A stretch of DNA of 64,000 nt from an uncultured Bacillota bacterium. GTDB lineage: Bacteria > Bacillota_I > Bacilli_A > RFN20 > CAG-288. The notes under the pieces are model-generated. The model was not told where the DNA came from. It saw only the letters and a program-made list of their open reading frames with translations, and did not search any database. Shown one piece after another: positions 35,564 to 45,115 of the stretch (the stretch's first letter is position 1; every line of letters begins with the position of its first letter). The DNA is taken from NCBI GenBank assembly GCA_949299015.1, contig CASFYT010000017.1:436-64435 (forward strand), given 5' to 3'. The position numbers were made by a program, and so were the translations under genes.

Positions 35564-36174
35564 AGAAGGAAAGGCGTCGCTACCTCCCCGGAATCCTGCT
35601 CCTCGTCCTCGTCCCCCTGCTTCTGGGCCTGCTCGCCCTGGGAAACGGACTCTATTCGATCCTGCCTTCCTTCTCCACGCTCGGGGAGGAGAGCCTCTTT
35701 GCCCTCCTCTGCGGGATCTTCGGCATCCTCTGCCTCCTGCTCTTGGGCCTGTCCTTCGTCCTCGCCCTGCTCTCCCTTCTTCCCGCCTCGCTCTACTCCG
35801 TCCGGAACACGACGCTCTTCGCCGGAATCCTCTTCCTCCTCTCCGTCCTCTCCGCCGTCCTCTTCCATTCCTTCGGCTTCGCCGCGGGCCTGCTTTGCCC
35901 CCTCTCGTCCCTTTCCCTGGCATCCTTCCTGCTCGGCGGGTTCCTCTTCGTCCTTTCGGACATCCTCTTCCTGGAGCGGGACTACCTCCGTCAGCGCCGG
36001 GAACTCCAGGAGGCCGGCGACGAGGTGCGGGAAGAGGAGGCGCGTTTTTCAGGGAGGGAGGAGCGGAAGGAGGCGCTGCGCGCAAGGATCGAGCAGGCCT
36101 ATCGGGAAGGAAGGATCGGCCGGAAGACCCGGGATGACCTCCTTTTCGAGCTCGAGGAAGGGGAGGACGCTTGA
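35560..36174 (+). CDS. Membrane protein (about 4 TM helices plus charged tail)
   Basis: Leu-rich hydrophobic helices; overlaps the uvrC stop. Confidence 0.7.
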   Translation: MKKERRRYLPGILLLVLVPLLLGLLALGNGLYSILPSFSTLGEESLFALLCGIFGILCLLLLGLSFVLALLSLLPASLYSVRNTTLFAGILFLLSVLSAVLFHSFGFAAGLLCPLSSLSLASFLLGGFLFVLSDILFLERDYLRQRRELQEAGDEVREEEARFSGREERKEALRARIEQAYREGRIGRKTRDDLLFELEEGEDA

Positions 36175-36199
36175 AATGGATACCGTCTGGGGGTATAAT
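36171..36199 (+). promoter_or_regulatory. sigmaA promoter of tRNA-Pro
   Basis: TTGAAA-17 nt-TATAAT. Confidence 0.75.
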
Positions 36200-36224
36200 T
36201 CTCTTCGCCTCGAAAGAGGAATGC

Positions 36225-36301
36225 CGGGACATAGCGCAGCTTGGTAGCGCACTTCCTTGGGGTGGAAGGGGTCATGAGTTCAAATCTCATTGTTCCGACC
36301 A
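36225..36301 (+). tRNA. tRNA-Pro(GGG)
   Basis: CGGGACA/TGTTCCG acceptor stem, CTTCC-TTGGGGT-GGAAG anticodon arm, GTTCAAATC T-loop, encoded CCA. Confidence 0.96.
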
Positions 36302-36312
36302 TTGAAGAAAAC

Positions 36313-36352
36313 GCCTGGGACGTCTCCTTGGGAGGCGGTCCCGGGCTTTTTT
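36313..36352 (+). terminator. Intrinsic terminator after tRNA-Pro
   Basis: GCCTGGGACGTCTCC...GGAGGCGGTCCCGGGC-TTTTTT. Confidence 0.75.
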
Positions 36353-36397
36353 CGTTTCTTAGGAGCCTCGGGCGGGGCGAAGTTGTATAATGTCCGC

Positions 36398-38341
36398 ATG
36401 AAACAGAGAAAACACTCCCGCTTCCTTTTTGCGGCCCCCATCCTCCTGACGAGCCTCCTCCTTTCCTGCGGCACCTCGAGCTCGACGGTCTCCTCGACGG
36501 ACTCTTCGACGTCCACCCTCCCGCCGTCCGAAGGCAGCTCTTCCTCCTCTTCGACGGATATGAGCCGCGTGGAAATCCTCAACGGCGACGAATGCGTCCT
36601 CTACCAGGAAGACGAGCTGACGCTCGAGGTCGAGGTCGAGAACAGCTCCTCCCCGATCTACTTCCTTTCGTTCGACCCCAGCGTCGCCACCGTCTCCGAG
36701 GTCGGGACCATCCACGCCCTGGAACCGGGGACGACCCTTGTCACGGTCCGTTCCGGAACGGCCCAGGATCAGATCCTGGTCCGCGTCCAAGAGGGGCTGA
36801 GGCCCGAGATCGTCCTCTCCGCGGAGCGCGTGGAGATGGATCCCCGCACGACGACGACGATCGCCTATCGCGTCACCAACGACGGCGGCGACCTCTCCGC
36901 CCGAAGCTCGGACGAATCCGTCGTGACGGCGGAAGTGATTTCCGCGAGCGCCCTGGAACTGACCGCCGATCTTCCCGGGGAAGCCGAAATCACCCTTTCC
37001 CTGGAGAGCGGAGTGACGAAGACCATCCTCGTCATCGTGAAGGAAGAAAGCATCAAATCGTTTAGCATCTCCGTTGACTTCGATGAAATCGCCGTCTCCG
37101 AGAAAGGAGAGGTCCACATCGACATCCTTCCGGCGTATCGAGAGGAGGACGTGGAGCTCCGCATCCTTTCCGGGAGCGACTGCCTGACGCTGGATGGAAC
37201 GTCCTTCCTCGCCGTCAAGGCAGGCGAGGTCCGCCTCCAGGCCTTTGTCGACGACTATTCCTCCAACGTCCTTGAGCTGTCGATCTACGAGTTCGACGCG
37301 GTCCTGACGAAGAACCCGCTCTTCGTCGGCGAGGTGGCGGAGGTCGTCCTCTCCTACTACGACGGAACGCCTCAGGAGCTCTCCTGGCAGATCGAGGACG
37401 AGGAGGTCTTCTTCCTTCGCCTGCAGGACGGACGTCTCTTCCTCGAGGCGCTCCGGGTGGGAAGCAGCACCCTGACCCTTTTTGACGCCCATGGCCACCG
37501 GGCGATTCCGATCCTGGTGGAGGTGATCGGCGGCAATCCCTATGAGGGCGTCGACCCGAGCGACTTCTATCGGGACTATTCGCCGGCGCGCAACGCCCGG
37601 GATGCCGAGAACCGCAGCGACTGCTTCCTGATGTCGGGAGACCTCCAGGTGCCCGACCAGGAGCCGGAGGTCGCGCCGGACCAGCCCACGCGCGACGGGC
37701 TGCTGATCCACAACACGACGTCCCTCTACTCGGAGGACGGCGATACCTATTCGGTCCTCGACGCCGACGGCGAGGTCGCCTTCGAGGTCTACCGCGGCGG
37801 AGCCTACGTCACCCTGGAGGAGGTGGCGGCCTACGTCTATGCCTTCGGCGACGTCCCTCCGAACTACGATGCCGACACCGACCTGGAGCCCTACCAGTCC
37901 CCCTGGGAGGAATACCTTCGCGTCAACAACAACTTCTTCTCGGGCAAGGTCTCCGACTATCCCTACGAACCGGAGCTTCCGGGAATCTCCGGCTGCGGCG
38001 GAAACCTGGCCTACTACGAGATCGACATCGGCACGACGGGCACCGACTGCGACCCTTCCTTTCCCGACCGGATCTACAACGACGGTTCGCGCATCACGCG
38101 CGGGGCGGCCAGGATCGTCTACTCCTCGTACTATATCGATACGGGCGAACCGGTCCGAAGCGAGGACCGCTACGTCTTCTACACCTACAACCATTACAAC
38201 GACTTCCAGGAATACCTGAACTATGAGAACGGCTGGGGCGAGATGTTCGGCAACGTGACGGGAGGCGGGGTCCTCTCGAGCAAGAATCCCTCCCTATGCC
38301 ACCCGACGCCCTACGTGGAGACGATCCGTTCCCCCTTCTGA
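36398..38341 (+). CDS. Lipoprotein with Big_2 Ig-like domains and a C-terminal barnase/RNase Sa-like ribonuclease
   Basis: Lipobox LLLSC, Ser/Thr linker, SFDPSVATVSEVGTIHALEPG; EEVAAYVYAFGDVPPNY, YYEIDI, RGAARIVYS, VFYTYNHY. Confidence 0.78.
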   Translation: MKQRKHSRFLFAAPILLTSLLLSCGTSSSTVSSTDSSTSTLPPSEGSSSSSSTDMSRVEILNGDECVLYQEDELTLEVEVENSSSPIYFLSFDPSVATVSEVGTIHALEPGTTLVTVRSGTAQDQILVRVQEGLRPEIVLSAERVEMDPRTTTTIAYRVTNDGGDLSARSSDESVVTAEVISASALELTADLPGEAEITLSLESGVTKTILVIVKEESIKSFSISVDFDEIAVSEKGEVHIDILPAYREEDVELRILSGSDCLTLDGTSFLAVKAGEVRLQAFVDDYSSNVLELSIYEFDAVLTKNPLFVGEVAEVVLSYYDGTPQELSWQIEDEEVFFLRLQDGRLFLEALRVGSSTLTLFDAHGHRAIPILVEVIGGNPYEGVDPSDFYRDYSPARNARDAENRSDCFLMSGDLQVPDQEPEVAPDQPTRDGLLIHNTTSLYSEDGDTYSVLDADGEVAFEVYRGGAYVTLEEVAAYVYAFGDVPPNYDADTDLEPYQSPWEEYLRVNNNFFSGKVSDYPYEPELPGISGCGGNLAYYEIDIGTTGTDCDPSFPDRIYNDGSRITRGAARIVYSSYYIDTGEPVRSEDRYVFYTYNHYNDFQEYLNYENGWGEMFGNVTGGGVLSSKNPSLCHPTPYVETIRSPF

Positions 38342-38440
38342 CCCCTCGTCTTTGCAATAAAACGCTTACTCGGTCCTCGTTCTCTAGGATTCCCTTTCCT
38401 TTGGCCTTAAAATAGTGGGGAAAGTGCGAGAACAAACGAA

Positions 38441-40036
38441 ATGCTGAAAATCAACGACCTGTCGATGCAGTTTGGAGGAAGGGTCCTCTTCAAGGACGTC
38501 AACGTCAGCTTCACACCGGGCGAATGCTATGGAATCATCGGGGCCAACGGCGCCGGAAAGTCGACCCTGCTTCGCATCATCTCCGGCGAGCTGGAGCCGA
38601 CCTCGGGAACGGTGACGAAGGATCCCAAGGAACGGATGTCGATCCTCAAGCAGGACCACGAGGCCTATGACGACGTCGAGGTCCTGCGGACGGTCCTCTT
38701 GGGGTATCCGCGCCTGGTCGAGGTGATGGACGAGAAGGAAAGGCTCTATGCCAAGAGCGACTTCACCGAGGCGGACGGGAACCGCGCCGCGGAGCTGGAG
38801 ACGGAATTCGCGGAGATGGACGGCTGGAACGCCGAGACCGACGCGACCCAGCTTCTGGTCTCCCTGGGCATCGACGCCTCCCTCCTCCACCACCGGATGA
38901 AGGAGCTCGACCATCGGATGAAGGTCAAGGTCCTCCTGGCCCAGGCCCTGTTCGGAAACCCCGACATCCTCGTCCTGGACGAACCGACCAACGATCTGGA
39001 CGCCCGCGCCTCCTCGTGGCTGGAGGAATATCTGATGGACTTCCCCAACACGATCCTCATCGTCTCCCACGACCGCTACTTCCTCAACCGCGTCTGCACG
39101 CGGATCCTCGACGTGGACTACAAGGCAATCAACCTCTTCGTCGGGAACTACGACTTCTGGTACGAATCCAGCCAGCTGATCCAGAGCCAGATGCGCGACC
39201 AGAACAAGAAGAAGGAGGAGAAGATCCGCGAGCTCAAGGAGTTCATCGCCCGCTTCTCGGCCAACGCCTCGAAGTCGCGACAGGCGACCTCCCGCAAGAA
39301 GGCCCTGGACAAGATCGTCCTGGAGGACATCAAGCCTTCCAGCCGCAAGTATCCCTTCCTCTCCTTCCGCTCCCAGTATCCCCTGGGCAACGACGTCCTC
39401 GAGGTCCACGACCTCAGCAAGGAAGGATACTTCCGCTCCCTTTCCTTTACGCTCCGAAACACGGACAAGGTCGCCTTCCTCGCCGACAACTCCCTCTCCG
39501 TGACGAAGCTCTTCGACGTCCTCTCCGGGCGCGACGAGGACTACGAGGGAAGGTTCAAGTACGGCATCACGGTCCACCGCCAGTACATCCCCTCCTCCTT
39601 CCAGGAGTTCGAGGGGGTCAAGGAGAACCTGGTCAACTTCCTCCGCCCCTTCTCCCTGGACGATTCCGACACCTACATCCGCGGCTTCCTCGGAAGGATG
39701 CTCTTCTCCGGGGACGAGGCCCTCAAGCCCGTGAGCGTCCTCTCCGGCGGCGAGAAGGTCCGCCTGCGCTTCTCCAAGAGCATGCTCGACCCCGGCAACG
39801 TCATCCTCCTGGACGAGCCGACCAACCACCTCGACCTCGAGAGCATCGAGGCCCTCAACCGCGCCCTCATCGACACGAAGTCGGTCCTGCTCCTGACCTC
39901 CCACGACCGCCAGCTCCTCAACTCCATCTGCAACCGCATCATCTACCTGCGCCAGGACGGAAGCTATGTCGACCGCTACCTGACGTATGACGAATTCGAG
40001 GAATATCTGAGAAACACGGAGGAAAGGGGAAGATGA
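38441..40036 (+). CDS. ABC-F family ATPase (YkpA/YbiT-like)
   Basis: GANGAGKST, two LDEPTN motifs, ASKSRQATSRK linker, LSGGEKVR; no TM segments. Confidence 0.92.
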   Translation: MLKINDLSMQFGGRVLFKDVNVSFTPGECYGIIGANGAGKSTLLRIISGELEPTSGTVTKDPKERMSILKQDHEAYDDVEVLRTVLLGYPRLVEVMDEKERLYAKSDFTEADGNRAAELETEFAEMDGWNAETDATQLLVSLGIDASLLHHRMKELDHRMKVKVLLAQALFGNPDILVLDEPTNDLDARASSWLEEYLMDFPNTILIVSHDRYFLNRVCTRILDVDYKAINLFVGNYDFWYESSQLIQSQMRDQNKKKEEKIRELKEFIARFSANASKSRQATSRKKALDKIVLEDIKPSSRKYPFLSFRSQYPLGNDVLEVHDLSKEGYFRSLSFTLRNTDKVAFLADNSLSVTKLFDVLSGRDEDYEGRFKYGITVHRQYIPSSFQEFEGVKENLVNFLRPFSLDDSDTYIRGFLGRMLFSGDEALKPVSVLSGGEKVRLRFSKSMLDPGNVILLDEPTNHLDLESIEALNRALIDTKSVLLLTSHDRQLLNSICNRIIYLRQDGSYVDRYLTYDEFEEYLRNTEERGR

Positions 40037-40653
40037 AGGTCCTGTTGATCAACGGAAGCCCGAAGGCCGACGGCGTCTGCGCCCTGGCCCTGGAGGTCTT
40101 CGCCTCCGTCCTGCGGGAGGAGGGGATCGAGGCCGAGACGGTCCAGGTGGGAAATCGAAACGTCCCGGGCTGCAAGGCCTGCTCGTTCTGCCTCAAGGGG
40201 GAAGGGTGCGTCTACCACGACCTGGTCGACGACGTCGCCCGGAAGCTCGACGAGGCGGCGGGTATCGTCGTCGCCTCCCCGGTCTACTACGCCTCCCCCA
40301 ACGGCACCCTCGTCAGCTTCCTCGACCGTCTCTTCTATTCCAGCCGCAGGATCGACAAGAGGATGAAGGTGGGGTGCAGCATCGTCTCCTGTCGGCGGGG
40401 CGGGGCCTCGGCCACCTTCGACATGCTCAACAAGTATTTCACGATCTCGGAGATGCCCGTCGTCTCCTCTCGGTACTGGAATTCCATCCACGGCAACACG
40501 GCCGAGGAAGCCCGGCAGGACGCGGAAGGCCTTCAGACGATGCGGACCCTGGCGCGGAACATGGCCTTCCTGGTCAAGGCCATCCAGTCCCAGAAGGAAA
40601 GGGAGGGCCTTCCCCCTTCCGAGCCGAAGGCGATGACGAACTTCATCCGATGA
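40033..40653 (+). CDS. Flavodoxin-fold iron-sulfur flavoprotein / NADPH-dependent FMN reductase
   Basis: INGSP, CKACSFCLKGEGC, ASPVYY, CRRGG. Confidence 0.9.
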   Translation: MKVLLINGSPKADGVCALALEVFASVLREEGIEAETVQVGNRNVPGCKACSFCLKGEGCVYHDLVDDVARKLDEAAGIVVASPVYYASPNGTLVSFLDRLFYSSRRIDKRMKVGCSIVSCRRGGASATFDMLNKYFTISEMPVVSSRYWNSIHGNTAEEARQDAEGLQTMRTLARNMAFLVKAIQSQKEREGLPPSEPKAMTNFIR

Positions 40654-41354
40654 GCGAGACCCTGATCTGCTGTCGCGACCTGAGGAAGGACTACGGCGAG
40701 AAGGAGACCCTCGTCCACGCCCTGGACGTCTCCTTCTCCCTGGAAAGGGGCGAGTTCGGTGTCATCCTCGGCCCCTCGGGAGCGGGAAAGACGACCCTGC
40801 TCAACCTTCTGGGCGGGATGGATACGGCGACCTCCGGACACTACTTCTTCGATGGTCGGGACGTCTGCCATTTTCGACCAAAGGAGATGGAGACGTTTCG
40901 TCGCGTCGAGATCGGATTCGTCTTTCAGTTTTATAATTTGATCGAGAACCTGACGGCGTACGAGAACGTCGCCATCACCGCCAGTCTCTCCGCCTCGCCT
41001 CTCGACGCGAGGAAGGTTCTGGAGGACGTCGGCCTGAAGGAGCGGATGAACTATTTTCCCAGCCAGCTCTCCGGCGGCGAGCAGCAGCGCGTCTCCATCG
41101 CCCGGGCCATGGTCAAGAATCCCAAGCTCCTCCTCTGCGACGAGCCCACGGGAGCCCTGGACAGCCAGACCGGACGGCAGATCCTTCGGCTGCTCTACGA
41201 CCTGAGCCAGAAGGAGAGGACGACGGTGCTCATCGTGACCCACAACCAGGAGCTGTCCAAGGTCGCGACCCATCTCTTCCGGATCAACGACGGGCGGATG
41301 GTCGAGGATCGGATCCTACCGCCGATTTCTTCTTGGGACGAGGTGGACTGGTGA
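40650..41354 (+). CDS. ABC transporter ATP-binding protein (LolD/MacB-like)
   Basis: Start MSETLI (ATGA overlap); [39 protein letters not shown]. Confidence 0.93.
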   Translation: MSETLICCRDLRKDYGEKETLVHALDVSFSLERGEFGVILGPSGAGKTTLLNLLGGMDTATSGHYFFDGRDVCHFRPKEMETFRRVEIGFVFQFYNLIENLTAYENVAITASLSASPLDARKVLEDVGLKERMNYFPSQLSGGEQQRVSIARAMVKNPKLLLCDEPTGALDSQTGRQILRLLYDLSQKERTTVLIVTHNQELSKVATHLFRINDGRMVEDRILPPISSWDEVDW

Positions 41355-43771
41355 GGACCCTTCCCTTCCTCCTGCGCCTTCTCATGCGTTCGTTTCGCCA
41401 GAACGTCAAGCAGTTCCTAGCGGTCATCCTGATCACCTTCCTCTCGACGTGCCTTTTCTGCGGCCTGACCGCCAACGCCGCGAACGTCGCAGCCCGTCAG
41501 CAGCTTCTTTTCGAACGGACGGACCTCGCCGACCTCTACGTCACCGGCGGCCAGGTCGACCCTTCGTCCCTGAGGAACGTCAACGGCGTCGAGAAGGCGG
41601 AGTCCCGCCTGTCCCTTCCGGTCTTCGTCGATTCCTCCCCGGTCTATCTCCTCTCCTCGGATTCCTTTCCGTCCCTTTCGCATCCCCTGATCCGCCAGGG
41701 AGAGTGGGGCGTCGTGCTGACGGAGTCCTTCCTGGAGTCCAAGGGGCTTGAGGTGGGCGGGACGATCGAGCTGGGCTTCCGCCCCGCCCTCCTGGGCCTT
41801 TCCGACTCTTCCCTGACCCGCCTCCTGGAACCCTATCTCCTTCCTGGGGCGACCTCGCCCTTCGACGAGGAGGAATTCACCCTGAGCTTCCCGGTCACGG
41901 GCACCATGTACCATCCCGAGGCGGTCCAGAACTCGGCCTTTTCCCCTTCCTCGCTCGCCATCGACGAAGGCTTTCTCTCCACGGCGCTTTCGGACCTTTT
42001 TGCCCAGCGCTACGACGTCGACGCCCTCGACCGTCTCCTCTCCGTCTTCCAGAGCGACCTGGAGGAGGTGACGCGGTCGTTCCTTAGGGGAATGCACAAC
42101 CAGGTCCTGATCGAGAGCGAGGATCCGGAGGGGACGAAGGAGAGGCTGGAACGGCTTCTTTCCGAAGCGGAGGGCGTCTTGGTCTCCCTTGCGGAGGAGA
42201 TGTCCTTCGCCGCGGGACTCCAGCAGGAGGTCGACCAGTCCTACCAGCTGACCCTGATCTTTCCGGTCTTCTTCTTCCTCGTCTCCCTCCTCGTCATCCT
42301 GACGACCCTGAGCCAGCTCATCCTCCGGGAGAGGAAGGACATCGGGGCGCTCAAGGCCCTGGGCGTCCCCCGGAGGCTGATCTCCCTCCACTACGCGCTC
42401 TACGGCTTCCTGCTGACCTTCCTCGGGACGGTCCTGGGCTTCGTCGCGGGACCGCTGTTCCTCCCGAAGGTCCTCAAGATCAAGTACGACCTCCTCTGGG
42501 ACCTGCCCGAGGCGCCTCTCTCCTTCTTCCACGTCCTCTCCTTCTCCCTCTGCCTGTCCCTGCTCCTTTTGAGCGTGCTCTGCGCCTTCCTCGTCTCCTT
42601 CCGTGTGATCCGGGAAAAGCCGGTCGAGACGCTGCGCCCGAAGCCGGAAAGGGGAAGGAGACGGAAACCCCGGAGGCTTTCCCTGGCGAAGGAATCCCTC
42701 CTTCCCCTCCGGCTGGCGATGCGCAACCTATCCAAGGACAAGGGGAAGACGGCGATGGCCTTCCTGGGGACGATGGGGTGCACGGCCCTGCTCGTCTGCG
42801 GCTTCGGCATCCTGGATACGATCCGCTACGACGTCGCCCTCGACTACGGGACGAACCGGAACGTCGAGGTCCTGGCGACGCCGCTGGAGGATTCCGAGGC
42901 GGCCAGGGAAGTCCTGGCTTCGAATCCGAACGTCCTGCGCAGCGAGGAATCCCTGACGATTCCCCTCTCCTTCCGGGCGGAGGAGACCCTCTCGGCCGAC
43001 CTGATCCTGGTGGAGGCGGATTCCCTCTCCTTCCAGGTTCCCGTCGGCATCGACGGCGGCGTCACCCTCGACGAGAAGACCGCGGCGGACCTGGGCGTCT
43101 CCCTGGGCGAGGAGCTCTCCTTCGAGTACGGCGGCCGGCGGATGAGCCGCGTCGTCACGCACCTCTTCCCGTCCTCCTTCCTGCTGGGAGTCTACGGCCT
43201 TTTCGACGACTTCCCCGAGATCGACCTCTCGCCGACGGGCTTTTACGTCTTCCTCCGCCCCGGAGTCGATTCTTCCGCCTTCGCGGCCCGCCTTCGCGAA
43301 AGCGGCCTCTTCCTCTCCGTCGTCACCTACGAGGACCTGATGGATCAGGTGGACGACATCCTCTCCTCCATCGAGACGATGACGACGGTCGTCAAGGCCT
43401 TCGCCATCCTCCTCTGCGTCGTGGTCGTCTACAACCTCGTCGCCCTCAACCTCGCCCAGCGTCGGCGCGAGGTCGCCACGCTGAAGGTCCTCGGCTTCCG
43501 CTTCCGCGAGATCTCGGGGATGCTCTGCGCGGAGATCCTCGTCGATGCCTTCCTCGGCTCGCTCGTGGGCCTCCTCTGGGGCTATCCGCTGACGGTCCTC
43601 GTCCTCTCCGTCAACCGCACGGACCTGCTCCACTACGTCTTCCACGTGGACGTCGGGACCTATTTCTTCGCCCTTTTGCTCTCCCTCGCCTCCACCCTCC
43701 TGGTCTCCCTCTTCCTCAACCTCCGGATCCGGAGGGTCTCGATGAGCGAGTCCCTCAAGTCGGTCGAGTGA
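41351..43771 (+). CDS. FtsX-like ABC transporter permease (double)
   Basis: Two repeats ERKDIGALKALG / RRREVATLKVLGF with TM clusters; GTG start overlapping the upstream stop. Confidence 0.9.
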   Translation: MRTLPFLLRLLMRSFRQNVKQFLAVILITFLSTCLFCGLTANAANVAARQQLLFERTDLADLYVTGGQVDPSSLRNVNGVEKAESRLSLPVFVDSSPVYLLSSDSFPSLSHPLIRQGEWGVVLTESFLESKGLEVGGTIELGFRPALLGLSDSSLTRLLEPYLLPGATSPFDEEEFTLSFPVTGTMYHPEAVQNSAFSPSSLAIDEGFLSTALSDLFAQRYDVDALDRLLSVFQSDLEEVTRSFLRGMHNQVLIESEDPEGTKERLERLLSEAEGVLVSLAEEMSFAAGLQQEVDQSYQLTLIFPVFFFLVSLLVILTTLSQLILRERKDIGALKALGVPRRLISLHYALYGFLLTFLGTVLGFVAGPLFLPKVLKIKYDLLWDLPEAPLSFFHVLSFSLCLSLLLLSVLCAFLVSFRVIREKPVETLRPKPERGRRRKPRRLSLAKESLLPLRLAMRNLSKDKGKTAMAFLGTMGCTALLVCGFGILDTIRYDVALDYGTNRNVEVLATPLEDSEAAREVLASNPNVLRSEESLTIPLSFRAEETLSADLILVEADSLSFQVPVGIDGGVTLDEKTAADLGVSLGEELSFEYGGRRMSRVVTHLFPSSFLLGVYGLFDDFPEIDLSPTGFYVFLRPGVDSSAFAARLRESGLFLSVVTYEDLMDQVDDILSSIETMTTVVKAFAILLCVVVVYNLVALNLAQRRREVATLKVLGFRFREISGMLCAEILVDAFLGSLVGLLWGYPLTVLVLSVNRTDLLHYVFHVDVGTYFFALLLSLASTLLVSLFLNLRIRRVSMSESLKSVE

Positions 43772-43842
43772 GGGGAAGAGATTTCAAAGTCGCGACGATT
43801 CCTGTAGAATAGGGTTAACGAAAATCGGAAAGGATTTCACAA

Positions 43843-45045
43843 ATGAACAAAAAGATCATTCTTCCGCTCTCCTCCCTGCTGCTCCTCGCTTCCTGTGCGA
43901 CGGCCCAGGAGGTGACCAACAGCGACTACCTCACGGCGAAGGTCCTGGCGGAGGCCCGGAGGAACGCGGACGCCCTGACGTTGGTTTCGGGCCAGTCCAC
44001 TTCCCTGGACGACCGGAGCGTCATCTATCCCCGCAACGTCGCCTCCTTTGTCGACTACAGCAGCGCGGAGACCCGCCTGGAAGTCCATCGCTACGACGGA
44101 AGCCTCTGGGTCAAGGCGGAGGAGGAACGGGAAACGGGGACGAAGGCGAACCGCTATCACGGGCAGCAGAGCCTCTCCACGCTCGTCGACGTGGCTTCGC
44201 AGGACGGCATCACCTATCTCCTCGCCTCCAACGTCCTTTCCCGCGCCGGCTCGGAGGCGGTCTACGACACGGTCCTCACCTCCCAGGTGGGCGCGACGGA
44301 AGACGAGCTCCTGACGGCCTGCTTCGAGACCCTCTCGAGCATCGTCTGGGCCGCCGTCGCCTCGGCGGAGGACTGCACCTACGTCGTCAAGGACGGGGAC
44401 GACGTCCTCTTCACGGACTCGACGACCTCGACGTCCACGGTCAGCAACCCGCTCTACCCCAACGACAGCGAGAAGGCCCTGGTCGCCGGACGGCGCCTGG
44501 ACACGACGGTCCGCTTCTCTCCTTCGGAGGACGGATACCGGCTCGTCTCCTACGAGACGAAGGATCAGACGCAGTTCTTCCAGGACACGGAGCTGAAGAG
44601 CATCGAAAACGGCATCGTCGCCTCGACGGTGGAGAGCTACACGTTCTCCTATGGAGAAGCGACGTCCTACGACGGATCCCAGGACCTGCCCAGCCTGAAT
44701 AACGCCCTCGCCGCCCAGTCCGCCCCCTCCTACCTGCTGATGAATTCGGGCACTCAGCTCCAGGGCGAGCTGGAAGACGAGACGGTCGGCTATCAGCTCG
44801 AGACGGGCGAGAGGAAGCTCTGCTTCGCGACCACGATCGACCTTGTGGGCAATGGTCTTAGCGGAGGAACCCTCTCCTTCGCATACCAGGGGGAGAAGCT
44901 CGACAGCGCCGCCTTCACGATCGCTCCGTCCCTGGACTACAGCCTTGTCACGAACGGGGAGTACCGCTTCGAGAACGTCGAATCGCTCTACGTCGAGATG
45001 GTCTGCGACCTCGACGGCAGCAATCCAATGGTGACGATTTCCTGA
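43843..45045 (+). CDS. Lipoprotein of unknown function
   Basis: MNKK..LLLLASC lipobox; RBS GAAAGGA; Ser/Thr/acidic mature chain. Confidence 0.8.
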   Translation: MNKKIILPLSSLLLLASCATAQEVTNSDYLTAKVLAEARRNADALTLVSGQSTSLDDRSVIYPRNVASFVDYSSAETRLEVHRYDGSLWVKAEEERETGTKANRYHGQQSLSTLVDVASQDGITYLLASNVLSRAGSEAVYDTVLTSQVGATEDELLTACFETLSSIVWAAVASAEDCTYVVKDGDDVLFTDSTTSTSTVSNPLYPNDSEKALVAGRRLDTTVRFSPSEDGYRLVSYETKDQTQFFQDTELKSIENGIVASTVESYTFSYGEATSYDGSQDLPSLNNALAAQSAPSYLLMNSGTQLQGELEDETVGYQLETGERKLCFATTIDLVGNGLSGGTLSFAYQGEKLDSAAFTIAPSLDYSLVTNGEYRFENVESLYVEMVCDLDGSNPMVTIS

Positions 45046-45115
45046 CGAACCTTCTCCCTCTCCCTTCCCGAAAAGAGTATAATTGTCTCGCTGTTTTTCA
45101 CGAGGAGATTTTCCT

